From the NCBI RefSeq assembly GCF_000017305.1, contig NC_009664.2:1710001-1742000 (forward strand): a DNA stretch of 32,000 nt, written 5' to 3'. Source of the DNA: Kineococcus radiotolerans SRS30216 = ATCC BAA-149. Lineage in GTDB: Bacteria; Actinomycetota; Actinomycetes; Actinomycetales; Kineococcaceae. The notes beneath the pieces were generated by a model. That model searched no databases, had not been told where the DNA came from, and was given only the letters and a program-made list of their open reading frames with translations. The translations under genes and the position numbers were made by a program. Shown here in pieces: positions 17,484 to 25,196 of this stretch. Position 1 is the stretch's first letter; each line of letters opens with the position of its first letter.

Positions 17484-18622
17484 CCCGCCACCGGCCCGGC
17501 GTCACCCGATGCGCCGAAGCGCGAGAGGAACGCGGCCCGCCCGCGGGGGGCGTCGGCCAGCGTCATGCCGACCCCGCCCTCGGGGACGTTGAAGTACGCC
17601 TGGTACCGCACCTCGGCCCCGACCACCGCGTCGGCGATCTGGTTCACGAACTCCGGGCTGTCCCCACCGCCCTGGGTGTCGCCCGCGGCGACCATCGCCC
17701 ACTCCGGGATGCTGATCGGCTTGTCGCGCTCGGCGGCGAAGGCGATGACGGCGGAGAGGCTGTTGACCTTGGCGTCCTTCTCCTCCCAGCGCGCGGTGGG
17801 GTCGATCGGGGAGATGTAGGAGTCGTAGACGTCGACGCCGATGATGTCGACCCAGTCGTCGCCGGGGTACATCTCGTCGATGGTGACGGAGTCCTGCTGG
17901 CCCTCGGCGATGTTGAAGTCGATCTCGAAGTCCGCGCCCTCGACGGCGGTGATGATCTGGACGATGCGGCGGAAGTACGCCTTCCACGCCTCGCGCTGCG
18001 CCTCGGTGCTGCCGATGTAGTGGGTCTCGTACCAGTCGCCGTTGAGCTCCCAGCCCAGCCGGACGATGGAGGAACCCAGGCCCTTGCTCACGAGGTTCTC
18101 GGCGAACGTCGTCCAGTGCGCGTCGTACTCCCCCGCCGCGCCGCGCGCGCGCCAGTCCTCGGGGGGACCGGCGGGGACGAGCCCGGTGGAGACGACCAGC
18201 GTCCGGGTGTCGGGGTCGTCGCGGACCCACTGCCCCCAGTCCTGGCCCGCGGGCGGGGCCATGGCGAACCAGGGTCCGGACAGCGCGGCCCAGTTCGCGT
18301 CGGAGTTGAAGACGACGACGACGTCGAGGGGGCGTCCCAGCCAGGCGCCGAACGACTCGGCGACGGCCACGTCGTGGGTCTGGACCCCGACCCACTTGGT
18401 GTCCAGCTCCGAGGCCGGGACGTGGGCCGGCGGCGTCCACGGCGGGGCGGGCGTGCTCGGGCCCGGCGCGTCGCCCCCCCGGGTGGCCCAGTACACCCCG
18501 CCCCCGGCGGCGGCGGCCGCCAGGACCCCGAGGCCGGCTCCGATGACCTTGCGGCGCCCGTGCTCGCGCGGCGCCGGAGAACCCCCGGTCGCGGGGCTCT
18601 CCCGGTGCGTCGTGTCCACCAC
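17480..18622 (-). CDS. membrane-anchored GH26-like glycoside hydrolase, paralog of 8535-10109
   Basis: GTG 18622 has GGGAAGGCGGAG upstream. TM anchor KVIGAGLGVLAAAAAGGGVYWA. VRLGWELNGDWY and ISIPEWA correspond to the HEMNG.W and SEW blocks of the paralog. Upstream of 18622 the track ORF has poor GC3. Confidence 0.7.
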   Translation of the reverse strand: MVDTTHRESPATGGSPAPREHGRRKVIGAGLGVLAAAAAGGGVYWATRGGDAPGPSTPAPPWTPPAHVPASELDTKWVGVQTHDVAVAESFGAWLGRPLDVVVVFNSDANWAALSGPWFAMAPPAGQDWGQWVRDDPDTRTLVVSTGLVPAGPPEDWRARGAAGEYDAHWTTFAENLVSKGLGSSIVRLGWELNGDWYETHYIGSTEAQREAWKAYFRRIVQIITAVEGADFEIDFNIAEGQQDSVTIDEMYPGDDWVDIIGVDVYDSYISPIDPTARWEEKDAKVNSLSAVIAFAAERDKPISIPEWAMVAAGDTQGGGDSPEFVNQIADAVVGAEVRYQAYFNVPEGGVGMTLADAPRGRAAFLSRFGASGDAGPVAG

Positions 18623-18908
18623 TGCGCAGCTCCGCCTTCCCCCTCGGGCGGGTGCCCGCCACGTCGCCGGCGGCTCGTGCCGCTCGGCGCCGCCAGGACC
18701 CCCGCCATCGTCGACCGCACCGCCCCCCGGCCGTGCGCGCACCCGTGGTGCTGCCCCGACTGTAGGTGAGCCCGCAAGACTTTGACGTTGCGTGAGAGTG
18801 CTCCTGCACCGAATCTCGACCACCTGGATCAGCGGGGTGACGCAGAGCGGAAACCCCTTCACCAGCGGTGACGAATCGGGGGGCCACCGCGCCCCGGGCG
18901 GCGGATCG

Positions 18909-18914
18909 TAGGCT
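18909..18914 (+). promoter_or_regulatory. candidate -10 hexamer (TAGGCT) for a leaderless methyltransferase mRNA
   Basis: A TANNNT hexamer ends 7 nt before GTG 18922. No SD is present. Confidence 0.35.
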
Positions 18915-18921
18915 CTGCGGC

Positions 18922-19635
18922 GTGTCTCGCTTCGAGAACGTCACGACGCTGGCCGGAGCCGTCGAGGGGGCCGTGGTGCTCGACCTCGCCTGCGGCAGCG
19001 GCCGCACGACCCGCGCCCTGCTGGAGCGCGGGCCCCGCCTGGTGCACGCCGTCGACGTCGGCTCCACCCTCGACGACGACCTGCTGCTCGACCCCCGGGT
19101 CCGCGCCCACATCACCGGCCTGGAGGACCTCCCCCTGGCCACGGGCAGCGTCGACGCGGCCGTCTCCCTCAACGCCGTCGAGCACCTGGCCGACGTGGGC
19201 GCGCACCTGGCCGAGGTCCACCGCGTGCTGCGCCCGGGCGGGACCGCCGTCCTGGCCCACTCCGACTGGGACACCGCCCTGTTCACCAGCGACGACGACG
19301 CCCTCACCCGCGAGCTGCTCGACCGCTTCGTGGCCCACGTCCCCGGCGGCGGGACCCGCGGCGACGGGTTCGCCGGCCGCAAGCTGCTGCGCCACGCCGC
19401 GCGCAGCCCCTTCGCGGTGGAGTCGGTGCACTCCTGGGCCGACCCGCACCGCCGCTTCGACGAGGACTCCGTCGCCTGGAAGGTCGCGACCGGGATCCTC
19501 GCCGCGACCGGGGACGACCCCGCCCTGACCGCGCGGGCCGCGGGCTGGGTCGAGGGCCTGCGCGCGGCCGCGCGGGCCGGGCACTTCCTCTTCACCGTCA
19601 CCGACGTGGCCGTCGTCCTGCGCAAGCACGAGTAG
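18922..19635 (+). CDS. class I SAM-dependent methyltransferase
   Basis: VVLDLACGSGRTT (motif I), AVSLNAVEHL, VLRPGGTAVL. The start is GTG 18922 or GTG 18868. Confidence 0.8.
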   Translation: MSRFENVTTLAGAVEGAVVLDLACGSGRTTRALLERGPRLVHAVDVGSTLDDDLLLDPRVRAHITGLEDLPLATGSVDAAVSLNAVEHLADVGAHLAEVHRVLRPGGTAVLAHSDWDTALFTSDDDALTRELLDRFVAHVPGGGTRGDGFAGRKLLRHAARSPFAVESVHSWADPHRRFDEDSVAWKVATGILAATGDDPALTARAAGWVEGLRAAARAGHFLFTVTDVAVVLRKHE

Positions 19636-19706
19636 CGGAACGCCCCCGCAGGCCCCACCGTTGGGCGAGCAGGGCAGGACGAGCGCACGAGAGCGGGGAG
19701 ACGACA

Positions 19707-19874
19707 GTGGCCGGGCTGATCAGCAAGGTGGGGGCTTTCCTGAAGTCCCCCGAGGGCAAGCGCGTGACCCAGCAGGTGCAGCGGGCCGCCAAGGACCCCG
19801 CCACCCGGCGCAAGCTGACCGAGGCCGTGTCGCAGTTCCGCGGCAAGGGCGGGCGGGGCGGCGCGCCGCGCTGA
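19707..19874 (+). CDS. small basic hypothetical protein (55 aa)
   Basis: Below the ORF-track cutoff. GTG is preceded by GGGGAG 6 nt upstream. MAGLISKVGAFLKSPEGKRVTQQVQRAAKDPATRRKLTEAVSQFRGKGGRGGAPR. 54 of 55 codons end in G/C. Confidence 0.55.
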   Translation: MAGLISKVGAFLKSPEGKRVTQQVQRAAKDPATRRKLTEAVSQFRGKGGRGGAPR

Positions 19875-19932
19875 CCGGGTGGTCCGCACCCCCCGGTGAC
19901 GGACGGGGCGCCGGGAGACCCTGACGCGAGGT

Positions 19933-19938
19933 TAGAGT
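19933..19938 (+). promoter_or_regulatory. candidate -10 hexamer (TAGAGT) for a leaderless SulP mRNA
   Basis: A TANNNT hexamer ends 6 nt before GTG 19945. No SD is present. Confidence 0.4.
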
Positions 19939-19944
19939 TCCCGG

Positions 19945-21438
19945 GTGCCCCGAACCGTCCCGTCGCCCCGTGCTGCCCTGAGCCGCCCGCCGTGGCTGAC
20001 CTCGGCGCGCGTGCTGCGCACCGAGGTCCTCGCCGGTCTCGTCGTCGCGCTGGCCCTGGTCCCCGAGGCCATCTCGTTCTCCATCGTGGCCGGGGTCGAC
20101 CCCCGCGTCGGGCTGATCTCGTCGTTCGTCATGGGTGTGACCAGCTCGTTCGTGGGCGGGCGGCCGGCGATGATCTCCGCCGCCACCGGCGCCGTCGCCC
20201 TCGTGGTGGCCCCGCTCTCGCACAGCCACGGCGTCGGTCACCTCGTCGCGGCGATCCTGCTGGCCGGGGTCCTGCAGATCGTCCTCGGCCTGCTCGGGGT
20301 CGCGCGGTTGATGCGGTTCGTCCCGCGCAGCGTCACCACCGGTTTCGTCAACGCGCTGGCCATCTCCATCTTCATCGCCCAGCTGCCCAGCCTGCGCGAC
20401 GCCGGGGTCGCCGGCTACGGGGTCCTCGCCGCGGGCCTGGTCCTGCTCGTCCTGGTGCCCCGGTTCGTGCGCTCGGTGCCCGCGCCGCTGATCACCGTGG
20501 TCGTCCTCACCGTCGCGACGGTCCTGCTGCACGTGGACGTGCGCACCGTCGGCGACGACGGCGCCCTGCCGCGCACGCTGCCCACGCTCGGCCTGCCCGA
20601 CGTCCCGCTGTCGCTGGACACCCTGCGCACCATCGCCCCCTTCGCCGTCGGCGTCGCGCTCGTGGGGCTGATGGAGTCGCTGATGACCGCCCAGCTCGTC
20701 GACGAGCTCACCGACACCCGTTCCTCCAAGACCCGCGAGTGCATCGGCCAGGGCACCTCGCAGATCGTCACGGGACTGTTCGGCGGGATGGGCGGCTGCG
20801 CCGTCATCGGGCAGACCATGATCAACGTCAAGGTCTCCGGAGCGCGGACCCGGCTGTCCACGTTCCTCGCCGGCGCGTTCCTGCTCGTCCTCGTCGTGGG
20901 GTTCGGCGACGTCGTGGCGCGCATCCCGATGGCCGCGCTCGTGGCCGTGATGTTCCTCGTCTGCTACGGCGCCTTCGACTGGCACAGCGTCAAGCCGTCG
21001 ACGCTGCGGGCCATGCCGCGCAGCGAGACCTCGGTGATGACCCTCACCGTCGTCATCGTGCTGCTGACCCACAACCTCGCCTACGGCGTGCTCGGGGGGA
21101 CGCTGCTGGCCTGCGTGCTCTTCGCCCGCCGCGTCGCGCACCTCGTCGAGGTGCGCGCGGGCACCGACGCCGACGGCCGGCGCCGCTACACCGTGCACGG
21201 CCAGGTGTTCTTCGCCTCCTCCGGGGACCTGGTGACGCAGTTCGACTACGCCGGGGACCCCGCCGACGTGACGATCGACTTCAGCGACGCGCACGTGTGG
21301 GACGCCAGCTCCATCGCCGCCCTCGACGCCGTGGGCCGCAAGTACGCCGACCACGGCAAGCACGTCGAGGTCGTCGGGATGAACCCCGCGACGGCCGCGC
21401 TGCACGACCGGCTGGCCGGGCGGGTCAGCGCCGAGTAG
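19945..21438 (+). CDS. SulP-family anion transporter with C-terminal STAS domain
   Basis: LRTEVLAGLVVALALVPEAISFSIVAGVDPRVGL, GGRPAMISAATGA, SSKTRECIGQG. STAS region YTVHGQVFFASS...DFSDAHVWDASSIAALD. Confidence 0.9.
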   Translation: MPRTVPSPRAALSRPPWLTSARVLRTEVLAGLVVALALVPEAISFSIVAGVDPRVGLISSFVMGVTSSFVGGRPAMISAATGAVALVVAPLSHSHGVGHLVAAILLAGVLQIVLGLLGVARLMRFVPRSVTTGFVNALAISIFIAQLPSLRDAGVAGYGVLAAGLVLLVLVPRFVRSVPAPLITVVVLTVATVLLHVDVRTVGDDGALPRTLPTLGLPDVPLSLDTLRTIAPFAVGVALVGLMESLMTAQLVDELTDTRSSKTRECIGQGTSQIVTGLFGGMGGCAVIGQTMINVKVSGARTRLSTFLAGAFLLVLVVGFGDVVARIPMAALVAVMFLVCYGAFDWHSVKPSTLRAMPRSETSVMTLTVVIVLLTHNLAYGVLGGTLLACVLFARRVAHLVEVRAGTDADGRRRYTVHGQVFFASSGDLVTQFDYAGDPADVTIDFSDAHVWDASSIAALDAVGRKYADHGKHVEVVGMNPATAALHDRLAGRVSAE

Positions 21439-21486
21439 GCCCCGTCCCCGCGGCGGGCCTCCCCGCGGTGGTCGTCCCCGCGGGGC

Positions 21487-21846
21487 TCAGTGCTCGCCGG
21501 GCAGCGACAGCAGCCCCGAGCGCCCGACCCAGCCGCGCACGGCGGGGGTCAGCAGCAGGGCCAGCACCGCGGCCTCCAGCGCGAGGGTCGCCGCCGCCGC
21601 GACCCCCGGGCCCACCACCACGAGGGTGAGCACCGCGAGGCCGGCGGTCAGGACCGACAGCCCCAGCAGGACCGCCCAGGCCAGGCGGCTGCTGCGCCGG
21701 ACGAGGTGGACGAGCCAGACGTCCAGGGCCAGCCCCAGCAGCGACCCGAGCCCGGGCCCCGCGACGAGCACCAGCAGGAGCTCGCAGACCAGCAGGGCCA
21801 GGAGCCGGCGGCCCACCGGGTGGGTGCGCCACCACGTCGTGTTCAC
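21487..21846 (-). CDS. small hydrophobic membrane protein (about 4 TM), unknown function
   Basis: GTG start. 119 aa, Leu/Val/Ala-rich helices. Third positions are almost all G/C. Confidence 0.5.
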   Translation of the reverse strand: MNTTWWRTHPVGRRLLALLVCELLLVLVAGPGLGSLLGLALDVWLVHLVRRSSRLAWAVLLGLSVLTAGLAVLTLVVVGPGVAAAATLALEAAVLALLLTPAVRGWVGRSGLLSLPGEH

Positions 21847-21865
21847 GCACCCACCCTAGGGCGCC

Positions 21866-23266
21866 TCAGGAGCGGCCGGCCGCCTCCGCCGGTTCCGCCG
21901 CTCCCGCCGCCGGCAGGCTCGGGGCCCCGCGGCCCGAGCGCAGGTTGACCGCGAGCACCACGGCCCCGACGAGGAGCCAGGCGGTCCCGCCGATCTGCGC
22001 GGGCGCCCCGGCGTTGAGCAGCACGTAGCCGATGATCAGGAACCCCAGCACGGGGCAGACCAGGTGCAGGAGGAGGTTCCGCGAGCGCCCCCGCACGAGG
22101 TGGTGGACGACCACCGAGACGTGCAGGAGGCAGAACCCGAACAGCGCGCCGAAGTTCACCAGCGAGGAGATCAGCGCGATCTGCCCGACGAAGAACAGCA
22201 CCAGGACCAGCGTCAGGGCGGTGACGACGAGGATCGCGGCCACCGGGACCTGCCGCCCGCTGATGCGGGACAGGAACGCGGGCAGCTGGCGGTCGCGGCT
22301 CATCGAGAACAGCAGGCGCGAGGTGGCGGCCTGCGCGGCCATGGCGTTGGCGATGCCGACGGCCACGACGTTGACGACGAGGAACGCGGTCTTCCAGCCC
22401 GGGCTGGAGGCGGCCTCGACGAGGTCGAAGAACGCGTTGCCGGCCGCGGCCTCGCCGAAGGAGTCCCGCCCGGCCGCGAGCAGGCTGGCCAGCCAGGTCT
22501 GGACGACGAAGAGGGACGCGACGACGAACAGCGCGATGAGCATCGCCCGCCCGGCCGGGTTCCGGCGGCCGGTGGTCTCCTCGGCCAGGGTGGAGATCCC
22601 GTCGAAGCCGAGGAAGCTGAGCACGGCGATGGACAGCGCCGCGGCGATGAGCGGGCCGCTGACCTGCGAGGAGTCCCAGAACGGCGTCGCCCCCCACTCC
22701 GCGCCGGGGATCGTCCCGCCGTTGAGGGCGGTCGCGGCGATGACCACGAAGGCGGCGACGAAGACGATCTCGACCGCGAGGAACACCCGGTTGGCCAGCT
22801 TCAGCGAGCTGATGCCCAGCAGGTTCACCACGGTGTTGACGGCCACGAACACCAGCGCCCACACCCACCGCGGGCTGCCGGGGAAGATGCCGACCATCGA
22901 CTCGGCCGCGAACACGTAGAGCAGCGTCGGGATGAGCAGGTAGTCCAGCAGCATCACCCAGCCGGCGAGGAACCCCAGCGCGGGGTGGACCCCGCGCCCG
23001 ACGTAGGAGAACACCGACCCCGCCAGCGGGAACGCCTTCGCCATCTGCCCGTAGGCGAGCGCGGTGAAGAGCATGGCGACGAGGCCGATGAGGTAGACGA
23101 GGGGGACCATGCCCCCTGCGCTGTCGTAGACGGTCCCGAAGATCGCCCAGGGCGCGATCGGGACCATGAACACCAGGCCGTAGACCAGCAGGTCGAAGGT
23201 GGAGACGGACCGCTTGAGCTGCTGCCGGTAGCCGAAGGACTCCAGGGTGCGCTGCTGCTCGCTCAC
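21866..23266 (-). CDS. APC-superfamily amino acid/polyamine permease
   Basis: GTG 23266 overlaps the upstream stop (GTGA). VSEQQRTLESFGYRQQLKRSVSTFDLLVYGLVFMVPIAPWAIFG...FPLAGSVFSYV. About 12 TM, 466 aa. The rest of the 704-aa track ORF is an out-of-frame read into the peptidase gene. Confidence 0.9.
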   Translation of the reverse strand: MSEQQRTLESFGYRQQLKRSVSTFDLLVYGLVFMVPIAPWAIFGTVYDSAGGMVPLVYLIGLVAMLFTALAYGQMAKAFPLAGSVFSYVGRGVHPALGFLAGWVMLLDYLLIPTLLYVFAAESMVGIFPGSPRWVWALVFVAVNTVVNLLGISSLKLANRVFLAVEIVFVAAFVVIAATALNGGTIPGAEWGATPFWDSSQVSGPLIAAALSIAVLSFLGFDGISTLAEETTGRRNPAGRAMLIALFVVASLFVVQTWLASLLAAGRDSFGEAAAGNAFFDLVEAASSPGWKTAFLVVNVVAVGIANAMAAQAATSRLLFSMSRDRQLPAFLSRISGRQVPVAAILVVTALTLVLVLFFVGQIALISSLVNFGALFGFCLLHVSVVVHHLVRGRSRNLLLHLVCPVLGFLIIGYVLLNAGAPAQIGGTAWLLVGAVVLAVNLRSGRGAPSLPAAGAAEPAEAAGRS

Positions 23267-24189
23267 CGCGACTCCCCCGCGGTGTCGTCGTGGCGGGCGA
23301 GGAAGGCGGCGACGACCGCGCGGAACTCCTCGGGCTGCTCGAGGTGGCTGCAGTGGCTGGCGCCGGGGAACACGTGGCTGGTGACGTCGGGGATCCGCTC
23401 GACGAACGGGGCCCAGGTCGCGGGGGTGGCCTCGTCGAACTCGCCGGCGACGACGAGGGTGGGGACGGCGATCGCGGGCAGGCGGTCGACGATGCTCCAG
23501 TCGCGCAGGGTGCCGACGACGTGGAACTCGTTGGGCCCGTTCATGGTGTGGTAGACGGTCGGGTCCGCCTCCAGCTGGGCCTCGGTCGCCGCGAAGTCGG
23601 GGTGGACCGGGGTGGTCCGGCAGACGTGGCGGGCGTAGAAGACCTGCGTGGCGGCCAGGTACTCGGGGTCGGTCGTCGTGCCGGCGGCCTCGTGGCGGTC
23701 CAGCGCGTCGCGGACGTCGGCGGGCAGTTCGGCCCGCAGCTGCGCGGCGCCCTCCACCCACAGCGACATCGAGGCCGGGGAGTTGCAGATGGCCAGCGAG
23801 ACGAGGGAGGCGGGACCGCGCACGGCGATCTCGGCGCCGAGCATCCCGCCCCAGGACTGGCCCAGCACGTGGCAGCGCTCGATCCCCAGGCCGGCGAGGA
23901 CGGCGTGGAACTCGTCGACGAACAGCTGCGGGGTCCAGTACCCGGGGGGAGCGTCGGGCAGGTGGGTGCTGCGCCCGCACCCGAGCTGGTCGTAGTGGAC
24001 GACGGTGCGGCCGGTCTCGGCGGCGAGGGCGGCGAGGTTGGCGACGTAGTCGTGGGCCATGCCGGGGCCGCCGTGCAGGACGACGAGCGGCAGCGCCCCG
24101 GGGCGGGGGTCGGTGGGGGTGGTGACCTGCACCCAGGTCTCGTGGCCCAGGACGGGCAGGGTGCGGGACTCGACGGTCGTGGCGGGCAT
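23263..24189 (-). CDS. pip: proline iminopeptidase-family alpha/beta hydrolase
   Basis: LVVLHGGPGMAHDY, YDQLGCGRS, nucleophile elbow VLGQSWGG, C-terminal GASHCSHLEQP. ATG 24189 is preferred over GTG 24222. Confidence 0.85.
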   Translation of the reverse strand: MPATTVESRTLPVLGHETWVQVTTPTDPRPGALPLVVLHGGPGMAHDYVANLAALAAETGRTVVHYDQLGCGRSTHLPDAPPGYWTPQLFVDEFHAVLAGLGIERCHVLGQSWGGMLGAEIAVRGPASLVSLAICNSPASMSLWVEGAAQLRAELPADVRDALDRHEAAGTTTDPEYLAATQVFYARHVCRTTPVHPDFAATEAQLEADPTVYHTMNGPNEFHVVGTLRDWSIVDRLPAIAVPTLVVAGEFDEATPATWAPFVERIPDVTSHVFPGASHCSHLEQPEEFRAVVAAFLARHDDTAGESR

Positions 24190-24275
24190 GGCGAGAGCAT
24201 GCTCAGCCGAAAGGTCTCGCACAAGACCATTGCCCGGGATTTAATCTGGTCGAAACGCCAGGCGAGGACGGTGGG

Positions 24276-25067
24276 ATGACGCAGACGGACGCGGCGCGGT
24301 CGCGGGCGGGCGCGACGCCCGGGACGGCCGGGACGGGCGGCCCCCGCGTGGCCGCGGTGACCGAGCGGCTGGTCACGGCCATCGCCACCGGGCAGTACCT
24401 GCCCGGGTCCCGCCTGCCCCCCGAGCGCGACCTCGCCGCGGCGCTGGGCGCGGGGCGGATGACGGTGCGCGCCGCGCTCGCCCACCTGGCCCGGCGGGGG
24501 CTCATCGAGACCCACCGCGGCCGCCACGGCGGTTCCTTCGTGCTCCAGCAGTGGCCGGACTCCTCCACCGAGATCGTCGGGCGCACCCTGTCCGCGACCT
24601 ACGCGCAGCTGCGCGACCTGTGCGAGGCCATCGCCCGCCTGCACGGGGCGGTCTGCCGGGCCGCGGCCGAGCACCGCTCCCCGGCCGACCTGGAGCGGAT
24701 CGGGGCGGCGCTGGAGGCCTACGCCGCGGCGGGCTCGGGCCTGGCCTCCCAGCAGGCCGACAGCGCCCTGCACCTGGCGCTCATCGACGCCGCCCACAAC
24801 GACACCCTGCGCCGGGTGCTGGCCGACCTCGAGGGTCAGCTGAGCATCGGGGCCCCCGCGCACCTGTGGGGCGCGCCGGAGGGCATGCACGCCATGGAGG
24901 CGCGGGCGCTGCGCGAGCACCGCGACCTCGTGGCCGCCGTGGCCGGGCGCCGCGCGGACGACGCCGAGCGCATCGCCCGGGCCCACGTCGCCATCGACCT
25001 GGAGCTGCTGAGCGCGGCCCTGGCCCGCACCGGTGCCCTCCCCGCGGGGACCCCCACCGCGCCGTGA
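24276..25067 (+). CDS. GntR-family transcriptional regulator (FadR/FCD subfamily)
   Basis: wHTH LPPERDLAAALGAGRMTVRAALAHLARRGLIETHRGRHGGSFV, followed by an all-helical C-terminal domain. ATG with GAGGA upstream. Confidence 0.9.
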   Translation: MTQTDAARSRAGATPGTAGTGGPRVAAVTERLVTAIATGQYLPGSRLPPERDLAAALGAGRMTVRAALAHLARRGLIETHRGRHGGSFVLQQWPDSSTEIVGRTLSATYAQLRDLCEAIARLHGAVCRAAAEHRSPADLERIGAALEAYAAAGSGLASQQADSALHLALIDAAHNDTLRRVLADLEGQLSIGAPAHLWGAPEGMHAMEARALREHRDLVAAVAGRRADDAERIARAHVAIDLELLSAALARTGALPAGTPTAP

Positions 25068-25097
25068 CGCGCGGGGGGTACCGCAGGGTCACGGGTC

Positions 25098-25127
25098 TTG
25101 ACCGCGCGCGCACAGCCTCCCTACAGT
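25098..25127 (+). promoter_or_regulatory. sigma-70/HrdB-type promoter of the xylanase gene
   Basis: TTGACC (25098-25103), an 18-nt spacer, then TACAGT (25122-25127). The ATG is at 25197. Confidence 0.55.
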
Positions 25128-25137
25128 CCCCCCACGG

Positions 25138-25158
25138 GTTCCGGAAGTCTTCCGGAAC
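25138..25158. promoter_or_regulatory. perfect 21-bp palindromic operator candidate
   Basis: GTTCCGGAAG t CTTCCGGAAC has 10-bp perfect arms and a 1-nt centre. It contains TTCCGGAA twice and starts about 4 nt downstream of the predicted TSS. Confidence 0.6.
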
Positions 25159-25196
25159 ACCGCTGCCCTGGCGATGAAGCCGACGGAAGGCGAACC

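Noticed and set aside
14917-17819. 826-aa (-) and 869-aa (+) ORFs spanning the acetyltransferase/GT-A/flippase region
   Set aside because: These are out-of-frame or antisense to genes with clear motifs (hexapeptide repeats, DxD, MOP flippase). Their composition is dominated by R/P/G/A with no recognisable domains.
19661-19924. 87-aa track ORF
   Set aside because: It has no SD and an Arg/Gly-rich low-complexity product. The overlapping 55-aa frame (19707-19874) has an SD and near-perfect GC3.
21445-21483. TCCCCGCGG repeated three times at an exact 15-bp spacing in the SulP / membrane-protein convergent gap
   Set aside because: It is very short and built from self-complementary CCGCGG cores. 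It is most simply a terminator-like GC structure. There is no evidence for a protein-binding array.
24225-24250. GACCA-N17-TGGTC as the GntR operator
   Set aside because: The 5-bp arms and long spacer are too weak to call as a feature. It is mentioned only as a lead in the findings.
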